Assembly (NCBI RefSeq): GCF_009914755.1
Contig: NC_060928.1
Strand: one strand, 5' to 3'
Source of the DNA: the human T2T-CHM13v2.0 reference genome, Homo sapiens
Length of the DNA: 64,000 nucleotides
Below the pieces are notes generated by a model. That model did not search any database. It worked only from the letters and a program-made list of their open reading frames with translations, and had not been told where the DNA came from. The position numbers and the translations under genes are program-made. This document shows, piece by piece, positions 44,340 through 63,239 of this stretch. Within the stretch, counting starts at the first letter, position 1. Every line of letters starts with the position of its first letter.

Positions 44340-45463
44340 TATATTCTGGAATACATATGCAGAACTTGCAGGTTTGTTACATAGGTATACATGTGCCATT
44401 GTGGTTTGCTGCACTCATCAACCCATTATCTACATTAGGTATTTCTTTTGCTGTGCAGAAGCTTTTTAGTTTAATTAGACCCCATTTGTCAATGCTGGCT
44501 CTCATTGCTATTGCTTTTGGTGTTTCAGTCATGAAGTCTTTGCCCATGCCTATGTCCTGAATGGTATTGCCTAGGTTTTCTTCTAGGGTTTTTATGATTT
44601 TAGGTCTTACATTTAACTCTTTAATCCACCTTGAGTTAATTTTTGTGTAAGGTGTAAGGAAAGGGTCCAGTTTCAGTTTTCTGCGTATGGCTAGCCAGTT
44701 TTCCCAGCACCATTTATTAAATAGGGAATCCTTTCCCCATTGCTTGTTTCTGTCAGGTTTGTCAAAGATCAGATGGTTGTAAATGTGTGGTGTTATTTCT
44801 GAGGCCTCTGCTCTGTTCCATTGGTCTATATATCTGCTTTGATACCAGTACCATGCTGTTTTGGTTACTGTAGCCTTGTAGTATAGTTTGAAGTCAGGTA
44901 GTGTGATGCCTCCAGCTTTGTTCTTTTTGCTTAGGATTATCTTGGCTATACAGGCTCTTTTTGGTTATATATGAAATTTAAAGTAGCTTTTTTTTCTAAT
45001 TCTGTGAAGAAAGTCAATGGTAGCTTGATGAGGATAGCATTGAATCTATAAATTACTTTGGGCAGTATGGCCATTTTCATAATATTGATTCTTCCTATCC
45101 ATGAGCATGAAATATTTTTCCATTTGTTTGTGTCTTCTCTTATCCCCTTGAGCGGAGGTTTGTAGTTGTCCTTGAAGAGGTCCTTCACATCCCTTGTAAG
45201 TTGTATTTGTAGGTATTTTATTATCTTTAGAGCAATTGTGAATGGGAGTTCACTCATGATTTGGCTCTCTGTCTATTATTGATGTATAGGAATGCTTGCA
45301 ATCAGGCAAGGGAAAGAGATAAAGGGTAATCAAATAGGAAAAGAGGAAGTCAAGTTGTCTCTGTTTGCAGATGACATTATTGTGCATTTAGAAAATCCCA
45401 TCTTCTCAGCCCCAAATCTCCTTAAGTTGACAAGCAACTTCAGCAATGTCTCAGGATACAAAA
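44340..45463 (-). mobile_element. L1PA7/8-like copy with internal deletion and 5' inversion (inverted arm 45298-45463)
   Basis: Antisense 3' UTR 44340-44446, antisense ORF2 44442-45298, then sense ORF2 (LSLFADDII). Confidence 0.92.
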
Positions 45464-46081
45464 AGAAGGCAAAAGAAAAAACATAGTTGAAAATATTGGA
45501 ACCAGTAATTAAATAACGACACAGTATAAAGCTTTTCATATTACAAAGTGTATTTAAAGCACCTAATGTCTTAAATAATATTTACTTTACGGAGTTGTTT
45601 GATAATTAAATGATATAAACTAGTTTCTCACCAGTGTACTACTGAAAAGATACAAGCATTCACAAGTATTCAGAGTAAGATTTTCTTTCTTTCATTAACA
45701 ATATGTAGAAAATCTTCAGAGAATGATTGCACATCTGTGTCCTTGAAATTATGATAGGAAGTTGAAAAAAAATAATTACCTTCAGAATGAATTTTGAACA
45801 TAACTGTTACTCTAAAATCGCATCACACAATAGCCCTTTACACGCATTACATAATATGAACAGTCAGCATAGAGGGAGAGAGCTTCTTCCACTGAGCTAA
45901 ATAAAAGCATGAGAAGTAAATAGTTGTACATAATGAGACCTAAACATTTCCTCATCATTTTATAATGAAAAATTGCTTGGATTTTGTAACAATGCTTTGA
46001 AAAATAATATATGATTAATTTCTCTTAAGGCTTTCAGTAAAATGAATTTTTCTGTGCTCAGATGCAAATACGAAGTTTCTG

Positions 46082-46392
<311 letters not shown>

Positions 46393-46939
46393 TTCTACTA
46401 ACAGGAAAGAGGGAAAATAAACATCTGGGGATGAATTTTTCCCAGTGGAAATACAAAAAAAAATTTGACTCCATAATGGAATAAAATTTCAACAGCATAT
46501 ACCTTTAGTTACTCTACTGGAAGCATGCATTTATAAATTTTACATAACTAAGATGCTGTTTTAATATGCTTGAGCTGTTGTCTTATGCTAATTTTACTGT
46601 CAATATTTTCCAGTTATCTTTACAGCATTACCTTATATTAAGCCACCTTTTTCATTATATACATGGCATATGTTTCCCAGTATTTTGAAAGCCTCTCAGC
46701 CTCTGAAGAGACTGAAAAATTATTTGATCTTTTTTAGTCCATGGAGATGTTTGATACCTTTCTGATATATAACCAGAATAAACTGCCAACTTTGCCAACC
46801 CTTCAATATGTAATACTATAATAACTGTATTATAATGTATTATTATATAACTATGATTATCACTATCATAATTCCATAATGAGAAGATAGATATTCTTTT
46901 ACTCAATTTAGAAGAGTCAAGTTGGATTCAAGATACTAG

Positions 46940-47135
46940 TGTCAACAGTGTTGTGAATATAGTAAATAAAAATGTGTTGTACATTTCAAAATTACCAAAA
47001 GAAATAAGTATTTGAAGTAATATATTTGTTAATTACCTTGATTTCATTATTCCATGCTGTATTTGTAAATCATAACATCACTTTGTGTGCCATAAATACA
47101 TATAACTCTAATTTGTCAATCTATAATTTTAAAAA
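46940..47135 (+). mobile_element. L1MA 3' fragment
   Basis: gtacatttcaaaatt...tgttaattaccttgatt...aacatcactttgt...ataaatacatataac. Confidence 0.7.
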
Positions 47136-47906
47136 TTTATAAAACGATGCTACTATCAAAAGTTTAGAAGTCTATTCTGCTCAAAAAACAAACCTAGATC
47201 TTATTTCTAAAATACAACCAAAAGTATAATTAAAGTGTATAACTATTCTTTGTATGCCATTCACTAACAGTATTTCATTCAAATTATTTTCTCAGTCTAT
47301 CTTCTAATTCTGCAATCTTTTAGTCTATCTACTGTAGCTGTTATGAGGCAAGCAAACACCAGATGGACATAGTTTACTTAACCTAATAAGGTTTTTCAGA
47401 CACAATCCTTGGCTCAGATTATGTAGATTGCTGGAATAAGGATAACAATGTATATTCCCTTACATTATATATATATATATACAGAAATTTTAGATCTTAT
47501 TTACTGACAATTTTAATTACACAATAGTGGGAAATGAGCATTAACAATTCTAGAGTGCATGTGTCCATGTGTTCAGTGCAAGGACTTTACTTGGATGTTA
47601 CATAATTATCCCAGTCTTAGTGACATTATTTATGGTAATTCATTTAATAAGTTTACTGTGGGTTAAGACTTTTTCTATTGTTTATTTGTTTGCTTGTTTT
47701 TAACCACAGAAAACAATCTTATTTACTAAGGTTTTTTTCCTAAAATGTTGAAAAATAGGTAAAAGAGGCCATATCTTGGGCTATATTCCCCCCTTGGATT
47801 ATTTTTAAATCTTCCTTATTATTGAATCCAGGCTTTCTACTGGAAAAAAATACATCCCACACACCGCAGCCAGAGGGAAATAAACAACTTGTCTAGTCAT
47901 ACCATT

Positions 47907-48286
47907 TGTATTAGCTCTTCTCACACTGCGCTAAAGAACAATCTGAGACTGGGTAAGTTATGAAGAAAAGAGGTTTAATTGACACATAGTTCTGCAGGCT
48001 ATACAGGAAGCTTGGTTTGGGAGGCCTCAGGAAACTTACAATCATGGCAGAAGGGGAAGGGGAAGTGAGCACATCTTCAGACGTAGAGCAGGAGGAAGAG
48101 AGAAGGCAAAGAGGGAAGTGCTACACAATTTCAAAGATCTCATGAGAACTCGCTCATTATCATGAGAACAGCAAGGGAGAAATCTGCCCCCAGGATCCAA
48201 TAACCTCCCACCAGGTCCCTCCCCCAACACTGAGGATTACAACTCAACATGAGTTTCAGGTGGGGACCCACAGCCAAACCATATTA
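47907..48286 (-). mobile_element. MSTA-like MaLR solo LTR
   Basis: tgtattag...gggaggcctcaggaaacttacaatcatggcagaagg...ccaaaccatatta. TSD ccatt at 47902-47906 and 48287-48291. Confidence 0.9.
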
Positions 48287-49561
48287 CCATTCATCTATTG
48301 AAAATGCTTTAAAGAAATATTAGCCATATGATTGTGACTGTAGTCATAAAACAAGTCTCTGTTATTTGCTAAAAAGTTTTTTGCTTGTATCATTAGGATG
48401 CTTTTAGTGTCTATAAGAAGTCTACATTTTAAGAACCCCCAAATATCACTCTCTAAATCTGATTAAAATGTGTCTAACTACATTGTGATTCTATCAAAGG
48501 GATAATATATGAGGCTCATTGCCTCTCAGTATTTTGAAAGTATTGCATGTTGTAAATTCTTAGTGTATAGAATAAAACAATTATAACCATGTTATCTCAA
48601 TGTCACAATTTATTTAATAGATTTTATTACAATAAGGGAATTCAAAACTCACAAGTAGCTATGTCTAAATATGGAAAAAGGTATGCCAAATCAGAAATAA
48701 AATTTTCCTAGTCTATCCGCTGAGATTCACCATTCATTTAGGCATTTAATTCTCAAGAAAAAAGCTTGTCAATTTTATAGCTAGAAAGATTAATTGCAGA
48801 TCATTCTCTACTGACCAAAAATTCCAATTATACAAGTTCTTTTGGATCTATAAAAAACTATCTCTGGAATCTTACTTCTCTCTGGCTCCATTTTTATCCT
48901 TTTATCTAGGCAGATGACAGGTAATTGCTAAAATAGATAACTTCTATAAAGATCACAATATGCTTTTCAATTTTCACTGCAGTTAGAAATTTTCTCTTTC
49001 ATCCTGAAGTCCTAGAGGGGATTCAAATCATTTACTTAGGCATTTATTTACTAGCTACTTAGAAAACATAATTACATACTAAGAATATTAAACCTTATGT
49101 GTACCATACAAGGCATCCAAGGTCTTAATTTTAAAATCTACAGTTGCTACACCATAAGTGTCATATAAACCAAAGACTCAGTCTCTATTTACCTGTAAAT
49201 AACAAAAAGGGGACTATCTTAAAACATGATTTTTATATCTACAGTTGGTTCACCAAATAGTATATATCTTTTTACTTAACCTGAAACTTGTATTCAACTG
49301 TAAGAAACAATTGTCTTTATTCTACAACTCATATGCTATAGAAATAATTTCATTGCTAGACTTTTACTTTCTTCATAAAGTTGAAAAATAAATGATACAA
49401 TAGCTTATTTAGTTGAATCTAATATATATATGTGAACATATATATATGTGTGTGTATATATATATATATTGAAACTTCCCCAAATCAACACTTACCTTAC
49501 AGTCAGTGTAAAAAGGGAATTTTTACCAGCCATTTAGGTATTAAATTGCTTCATTCCTTGA

Positions 49562-49910
<349 letters not shown>

Positions 49911-49959
49911 ATAATATTTCTATTCAACAAAACTTTTCACATAGTCAATACTGCCTTCT

Positions 49960-50395
49960 CAAAGCAGAATTTCTTCTTCTGCTTGATTCCCCATGTGTTG
50001 CTTGCAGCTGGAGTGGAAGCATGTAATCTGGGATCCCTCAATCAGGGAAGTCTATGCTTTATATTTTTGGACTTGAGAAACATAAAGAAACAAGATATAT
50101 GAGGAAGAAAGTATACACAGTTTTGATCATTTCTGTATATGGGGTTTAAAATAGCATCTCTGCAGCCAGTAACAGTAACAGAGTTTGTGTCCAGTCTCCA
50201 GTATCAGTACTACATGTGTCATCTCCCCTAATTCACTGGGGTGCAGCCTAGGGGATTTCACTGGATCCATTCAATTTCTGTAGCTCTCATGAGTATGTAG
50301 CATGCAAACATGTTTTTCATGATCTCCTATAGAGCCTGTTTGTTACCTAGTATTTTGTGATTAATTCTCCTTCTGCTTAAAAAAGGCAAACCTGG
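49960..50395 (+). mobile_element. Possible very old ERVL LTR (LTR33/LTR16-like)
   Basis: ttgcagctggagtggaagcatgt...attaattctccttctgcttaa. Weak. Confidence 0.35.
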
Positions 50396-51039
50396 AAACA
50401 ATTTCTCACCAGATTGTCATCTTATTTATATTAGATGAAGCACATGTAAATGAACTTGGATCCCTGATTATGACTTAAAAATGATTATACTATGTAATGT
50501 TACAGGACACTCAGAATATGGCATGTCATATGGCATACAATGTAATAATTGGCAAAGTAATTGTCAAATAGTTCAGAAAACTTAAAGAATTTCTAAGAAT
50601 TCATAAGGCCCAAAGGGGGTTTTGTGAACAGTTTATGAATTGAGACTATCATTCAAATTCTGAATATCTATGTGTCATAGCTGCTGGCTGCTTTGCAAAA
50701 GAAGTTGTTAAACATCTAGTAACATCTAATTCAACTGGCAAAAACATTTTAAAGTAAGTCTAATCAAATCAGAATTAAAAATTATAGTCCAATATTCTTC
50801 AATATGCCTTGAATTTTCTTAGTTACATCCATAAAATTCAATATGGGAAGGAAATCAGGATTTTTTGAGCCTTAAATATATGCAATATATAAAAAGAATT
50901 TTTTTCCCAATTTTATGGTTTGAAAATGAAAGAGCTGAAAGACACAGACTGTCACTGAAGAGAAATATATTTGAAAGAGCAAAGTCAAAACGGAGACAAA
51001 AACAAGGTCACAAAAGTAATTTGGAACCTCTTGATTCTA

Positions 51040-51710
51040 TATGCAGGGCAAACATTAAATACAGTCTGGCTTCTAGTCAGGTTAACATAAAACTTCGCAC
51101 TAAGACTCTATTTACTTTAGTTCATGTTACCTGATACAATATGTTTAGATTTCAACAAAAACTTATAAGGCATGTCATAAGGCAAGCTAAAATATGGTGT
51201 GAAGAGAAGAAACAAGAATCACAACCAGACTCAGCTATAATACAGAAACTGGAATTTTTAGACAGGACGTTTAAAATATCTATAAATAATATCGTAAGAG
51301 TTCTAATTTAAAAAGTAGACAACATGCAAAAAGAATAGATGGGTGATGAAAGTATAGAGCTGGAAACCCTAAGAAGAAATCCACATGAAATATGAGAATT
51401 GTAACAGAAATGAAGAATGCCTCTGATGGGCATTCTTAGGAAAAATAAACAGAAAATACATAAATTGTCAAATCAGAACTGAAATTAAATGAAATGAAAG
51501 AGAAGTCATCACTACTGATACCATGGCTGTGAAAGTATAATAAATAATATTATGATCATCTCCATGTCCACAAATTTGAGAATTTAGGAGAAGTAAACCA
51601 ATTCCTTAAAAGACACAAACTACCAAAACTCACACAAGGAGAAATAGATAATCTGAATACATCTATACCTATTAGAAAAATTGAATTGATAATTAATAAC
51701 TTCCCAAATA
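51040..51710 (+). mobile_element. L1M fragments (5'/ORF1 piece joined to ORF2 piece)
   Basis: aaagtagacaacatgcaa; gtaacagaaatgaagaatgcctctgatggg; aaactaccaaaactcacacaaggagaaatagataatctgaata. Confidence 0.75.
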
Positions 51711-52062
51711 ATTTTCTTTGCTAAAATGAAACCCAGATATCATGAAGTTTGTCTAGACAAATTCAGACAACCCTAAAGATATTGTGAGGGAAGAAAAGAT
51801 AATTAGGTTTTTCTATGCAAAGACCTGGCAGCACATAAATATATATTTTAGATTTTCTGAGTGTGATTGTTTTTCGAATTATTGTTGAAAATATAATATT
51901 AGCTAATAACTTTTAAAGAACAATTTTTTAGTTTGACCATTTGATTGCTAATCAGAGGGTGGTTTGAGTCACTAATTATATGCTAAAATTTTCCTAAGGA
52001 AAAATAATGAGAGTTTATAAGGAATCAAAAGATTTTGAGAGTGGATATTTGTGAGTTCTGAG

Positions 52063-52582
52063 TGTTGTTAGCTTCCTATTACTGTGAAAACAAAATAAAT
52101 TACCACAACTTATGGAAAACTCTATTAGTGGCTTAAACAGCACAAATTTATTATCTTACAGTTGTGGAGGTCAGAAGTCCAACATCGTCTCCCTGGGCTA
52201 AAATCAAGATGCCAGCACACTGATTTTTCTTTCTGGAGACTATAGGGGAACATTCATTTCCATGTTCGCTCAGGCGTTGGCAGAATTCAGTTCCATCCAA
52301 TTGTCCTGAGGTCTCCTCCGTGCTGCCATCTCTCTTGCCCCTTCTTTCATGGCTACTTTTCTCTAACCCACATTTTGGCCTTCCTTCTTCACTTGTAAGG
52401 ACCCATGTGACTACTTTGGACCCATCTGGATAATCCAGGATACTCTCTCTACTTTAAGGTCAATTTACTAGCAATTGATTCTATCTACAAGCATAATTTC
52501 CTGTTATGTAATGTTGACATATTCACAGGCTTAACACCAGGAATTGGAATGTGAACATCTTTGGGGATATAAAAAGCTACCA
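52063..52582 (-). mobile_element. MLT1D-like LTR
   Basis: tagtggcttaaacagcacaaatttattatcttacagtt...ctggataatccaggata...acatctttgggg. Confidence 0.85.
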
Positions 52583-53269
52583 TGTCAAGCTTTTCAATAA
52601 AAGATTAGGGGCTCTTATTTCACCTTTCACAGAGACTTTTTTTTTTTATTTAGAAACTTAAACTTAAGATAATGAACACAACATAGAATAAACCCATGCT
52701 GGGAAACAGACTCACTCTTACTGGCTTTTGGAACTGACGGTGCATAGCCTCATGAAAGATTTCTACTGTCTTCTCATAACTTATTACCCTTTTTACTGGT
52801 TTATGGAAGGATCTGGCTTGATGGGATGCAAAACAGGAACAATTTAATCTTTTCCTACCCCAGGTTTTAGATGACTCATGTTAAAACTCTTCTTCCTATG
52901 TCTGGATGATAAATCCAGCAGAACCATAGCCTTTAAAATGATATCCAAGCATTAACAATTTTATTTTAAGTGTTATAATACCTATCCCAAGTACATTTCA
53001 AATTTGCAATGTTGTTGTCAGCATTTGTCAATGGATAAAGATAAATATTTTTATATAGAGAGAGATTTATTTTTCACATATTATTCCAAGCTTTGAGGTT
53101 CAATGTTTAATCACTAACAATATAATACGTAAGTTATATTTCATAATTGGTTATTACACATAGAATTTATATAGGATATACCTGATATGTATAGCAAGCT
53201 AAATGCTGAAAGTCTATTTAGTGTCACTCACTTAGCATATATTATAACATGACAAACAAGTGTAATGAT

Positions 53270-53490
53270 TATAAGGGCGCGGGATTCACAATCTGGGTTA
53301 TTAACTGGCTCTGTGTCTTCCTAGTTTAGTGTCCTTAAGCAGCTCTTAAATATTTCTATGACTCGATTTTCTTAATTGTAAAAGAAGGTAATGATATAAC
53401 CAAGCTATAGGGTGGTAGAATGCACTGTTGAAGTACTACATAGAAAGGCTCAGAAGAATATCTGGAATATAATATACACTAACTGATAAT
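53270..53490 (+). mobile_element. MIR
   Basis: tgtccttaagcagctcttaaatatttctatgactcgattttcttaattgtaaaag. Confidence 0.6.
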
Positions 53491-54654
53491 AAGATCTTTG
53501 ATTTTTATTGTGTTTACTTTTTTAAAAAATATATATTCACTTCAGTTTTTAACATGCTCAAGTAGAAGTATAGAGAATTGGCATTCATATATTGACTGGA
53601 CTAATGCTGAATATGTACATATATATATATTCTGCAAATGTCATGTGTATATATCCATTTATACATATACATATATATATATAATAGCAGAGCTACACTC
53701 TTTCATGTATCAGTAAAACTTAAAAGAATGGGAAATAGACACATGCATAAGAAATATTTTGTTTTGAGTACTGGAAAAAAGAGGAATTCTTTCAATAAAT
53801 GGTAACTTATTCATTGTCTATAACAGTTAAAATTGTGTATAACATGGTTATACTAGTCATGCTTGTTTTCATTTCAGCCTTTAAAATAATTAAAGCACGC
53901 TAAGATAGATTATGAAATGTTAATGGAACTTAAAAAATAGCTGCTTTCTACTCTTTCCCTTTAATGTTATTTTAAATAATGTTTGTCTCAAATAAGAGAA
54001 TTATAATAAAATCACTGAGCTCAAAAAAGGAAGTAATAATGTAATATATTTATCATTTGTTTCATGCGTCAGCTTATTGCTCACGGTATGAAGCAGTACT
54101 GAAAAAAATATTTGACATAGAAACTGCAGGAAACATATGAAATAGTTTTATATACATATTATGGACACTTTATTTCTTTAATTTAAGCCTTAATTAAACC
54201 TTTTTTGTTTTTAATGGGAAGCTTGAGTCTGAATAAGTAATAATATCATAAGTCCACTGGGTAGAGAGCCTGGGACAGGACAATAAGTGCAGACTAAGCA
54301 ATTTAATTTAAATTTGCAAGTAGAGAGGTATAAAATCCAAGACCATGATAAATCAAAAACAAATGAGAGAATTGGTATGAACTTAAAGAATTAGACCTTG
54401 GCTAAATCTCTCTAGAACTTTCATAGTTTCATTTATTAATTCGATAAATCTAGGGAAATAAAACTTGAATTAACTCAGATATTATAGAAACTCTTAAAAG
54501 CTTTCAAAAGCACTAATTATAAGCATACTATTAAAATTGCACAACTATCTATGCACTTCTAGTGCCTCTTATTTGTATTAAGATAACCTTATAAGTAGAC
54601 AGATTAAGAAATTGTCAGGTGTATCATGAATCTAGTAGTTTCATGTATGACAAT

Positions 54655-54850
54655 GAAAATAATAGCTAGCATTTATTGTGTGCTTTATATTATATGTATG
54701 TCAGATATTGTGCACATTACAAGCAATTCAAAAAATTTTTATTTTAATTTTTCACACGAAGGCTTAGAAAGATAATATAGCTTATCCAAAGTTATAATGA
54801 TTGAATTGGGATTCACCTCCTGCTGACACCATAGTCTGAACTTTTTAATG
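54655..54850 (-). mobile_element. MIR
   Basis: aataatagctagcatttattgtgtgcttt...ttggggattcacctcc. Confidence 0.6.
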
Positions 54851-56377
54851 AGTAATTAAGAAACGATCCTCATCCAGCTCTATCTTCTATTCCTCTCTGA
54901 TGAGGTCACAAAAAACTTACGATGTTGTCAACTAAGATCTAAGTGGATAATAATTGATGCTCTATAAAAGAAGATACATATGATATAAATAAGACAAAGA
55001 GAACCGGCAACAGGCAAAAATGAGAGAAAAGGGGCATTAAGTGGCATCTTGGAGAAGAGAGAAGGGAGAATACTGAGACGGGAAAACCAAGAAAGACAAC
55101 AAAGTTTTAATGGGATTCTAATATTAACCTGGCACAATGCTATGCTAGGGATTTAATGCAAATTAGCTGGCTTATTTCTAAAAGAATTTTAGAGATACCT
55201 CATGGTCTCCTTATTAACAACAAGCAAACTGATCTTCATTCAAAAGTGAGAGGCAAAGAGGTCATCACAAAAATTCTTGCTACCAAGAAGCAATGATGAA
55301 ATTCAAGCCCAGCTTTATCTGAATCAAAAAAATCTTTTCTTCATCTTTAAAAAATTCCTACCTTACAAAATGATTATTTTATTCTTATTCATATTTTAAA
55401 AATTATAAACTCAATAGGATTAAATGCTACTAATTACGTATATTTCAAAGATTGATTTCCCCTAACTTACACATTGCTACATTTTACCTTCTAAACCAAG
55501 ATTCTGGAAAGACTTCTGCCCTCCCAGGCTTAAGAGGAATAAAAGTGGTATGTATTTTAAACTCCTATCACAATTTTAAAACTAGGGTTACAACTAAATG
55601 TGGGACTTCATATGGGGTGAACTATGGATAGCTATCTTACTACCTGTGTAAGATCATTAAAAATTCCCTTGGAGTAGAGGATCTCTGCTGAGAGACTGTT
55701 CAATTATTTATACCCTAATTTTATGTGGTCTATTCAATAGTGGAAAAAACAAGACATATTTTCCATTCTTTTCACTTTGGGGAGTTATTTTTTATTCTTT
55801 TTTCTAGAAAATCTAAATCTATTTGGAACTTTCACAAAGATAAGGTGATTTAGAATTAGCTTGGTGAGAATTGAGGCATATGGAAACAAAATCAGATAAT
55901 ACAGTGATGTTTAGATTCTATAGCTGAAATTTAAGTTCTGAGTGTGTATGTTATTGCCTAAGGAAAGTCTATAGCAGAAAAAGCTTCTAGGATCATTCCT
56001 AGAGGGACTCAGACTTTGGATATAGAAGAGATGGAACACACAAAGCCATTAGAAATAGTAGCCAGCAAGATGTAAGGTGAAAGAAGAGAGTGTCATCTTA
56101 TGAAATTCAGAAGTCCAGAAGGTTTCATTAAAAAGTGAAAGATAAACAATAAAAAGCATTAAAAATGTATTTTGAATAAGAAAAATGAAGGTTATTCTTG
56201 AATAAGTAAGGATGGCTTCAATGAAGTGATGAAAGCAAATTCACATTTCGATGAATTGAATAGTGATGAGAACTTTAATGAGAAGTTAGTCAAAAAGACA
56301 GAAAAGAGATAATACGTTTTCTGTAGTTAGGTGTGCGTTCTAATGAAGAATTATATCTTTAATATTTTAGGCAGAGA

Positions 56378-56670
56378 AGCCAGGTGCAGTGGCTTCTGCC
56401 TACATTTCAAGTATTTTAGAAGTCCAAGGTGGAAGTATCATTTGAGCCCAGGAGTTTGAGACCTGCCTGGGAATAAAATTTTTAAAAATTAGCTTGGCAT
56501 GCTCATGCATTCCTGTAGTCCCAGCTCTTCAGGAGGCTGAGGTGGGAGGATGGCTTGAGACCAGGAGTAGGAAGGTATAGAGAGCCATGATTATGACACT
56601 GCACTCCAGCCTGAGTAACAGAGTGAGATGCTGTCTCTAAAACAAATAAATAAATAAACAAATAAACAAA
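56378..56670 (+). mobile_element. AluJ (left arm partly deleted)
   Basis: tttgagcccaggagtttgagacc; gagccatgattatgacactgcactccagcc. Confidence 0.9.
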
Positions 56671-58018
56671 TATTTAAAACAATATATTTCAAGCACACAG
56701 AATAGCCCATGTAATAATATTGATTGGAATAGTGCAGTTGTAAAAGATATGTTAATTATGCAAAAAAGTATTCAGGATAATTAATTAGCATAAAATTCTA
56801 GATACGTTTGGAGATCATGGGATTCAAAATACAATTTAGGAGATATCCTGGACTGGTAAAAGACCACTTCCTCTAATAAAAAAAATATTTATAGCAGGGG
56901 GCCTGGAAGTCATGGGCATTGTAGTAGAGATTTGTGGAATTTCCATATAGTCATTTCTAATTTCTTTAGGAAAAAAGAGACATGATCATCTACAGAAAAG
57001 GTTGTGAATGAGAATGTGTGAGAAATAGATATAAAAGAAGTGAAATAGTCATTCTTTGCAATAATTAGCATTCATATTTCTGTTTCTAAATTAGTTTATG
57101 GATTATTGTAAATAACCAATCAGCTTACACTATAACAAAAAAATTCGTGCCTTTTTTTACTATCTTGCAAAATCTATTTCAGTAAGTGAAGCCAAATGTA
57201 AATAAATCTTATACATGCAAATGCCCCCCAAAATGGCTTGTTTTCAAAACAAAAATTTTATCTGCTAATGAAATTTCTGATGCAGGAGGCTGAGTCAAAT
57301 ATCATGTCTAAATTTTGAAAAGGAGCATATAATTTTATGACCAATTTTACTGCTAGTAGCCATCTAAATAAAATAAAGGTAATTAGTATTCATGCTTCAG
57401 GATATAAAGGGAGAGCCAACATTTCTCTACTAAAATTGAATTCCTTAGTTAAATGCTCTAATACTCAAATATCACATAAAATTATCAAGAATATCAAATA
57501 TAAGCAATCTTCAGGACAAAAAGTAAGACATTTTGAGAAATTTTCAGTATGTTATCTGTAACGACTTGAAGTGTTTGTAAGCAAAATGATTTTGTGCTGA
57601 TTTTTACTCTCCAAACTAGAAAAAGAGGCAGTCCATAAAATAATTCTTAACAGCATATGAAACATTATTATTTTTTCTCCTAAAACTATATACTGAGGTT
57701 GACAGAAATGGCAGCATTATTTCAGAAGAGCAGCTCTTAAAGCTTTAGAAGAGCAGCTGAAGAAGTGTGAGCAGTGGCTAACTCTATTTTCTTTTTCTTT
57801 TTCTTTTATTATTATTATACTTTAAGTTTTAGGGTACATGTGCACAATGTGCAGGTTAGTTACATATGTATACATGTGCCATGCTGGTGTGCTGCACCCA
57901 TTAACTCATCATTTAGCATTAGGTATATCTCCTAATGCTAACCCTCCCAACTCCACCCACCCCACAACAGTCCCCAGAGTGTGATATTCCCCTTCCTGTG
58001 TCCATGTGTTCTCATTCT

Positions 58019-61840
<3,822 letters not shown>

Positions 61841-61902
61841 TATGATGTTAGCTGCCATTATGCTCGTTAGTTGATGCAGTTTCTTCCTAGCCTCGATGGT
61901 CT

Positions 61903-63239
<1,337 letters not shown>

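Noticed and set aside
57724-57755. agaagagcagct direct repeat next to the L1 tail as a TSD
   Set aside because: Both copies are on the same side of the L1, and the other end of the element lies outside the window.
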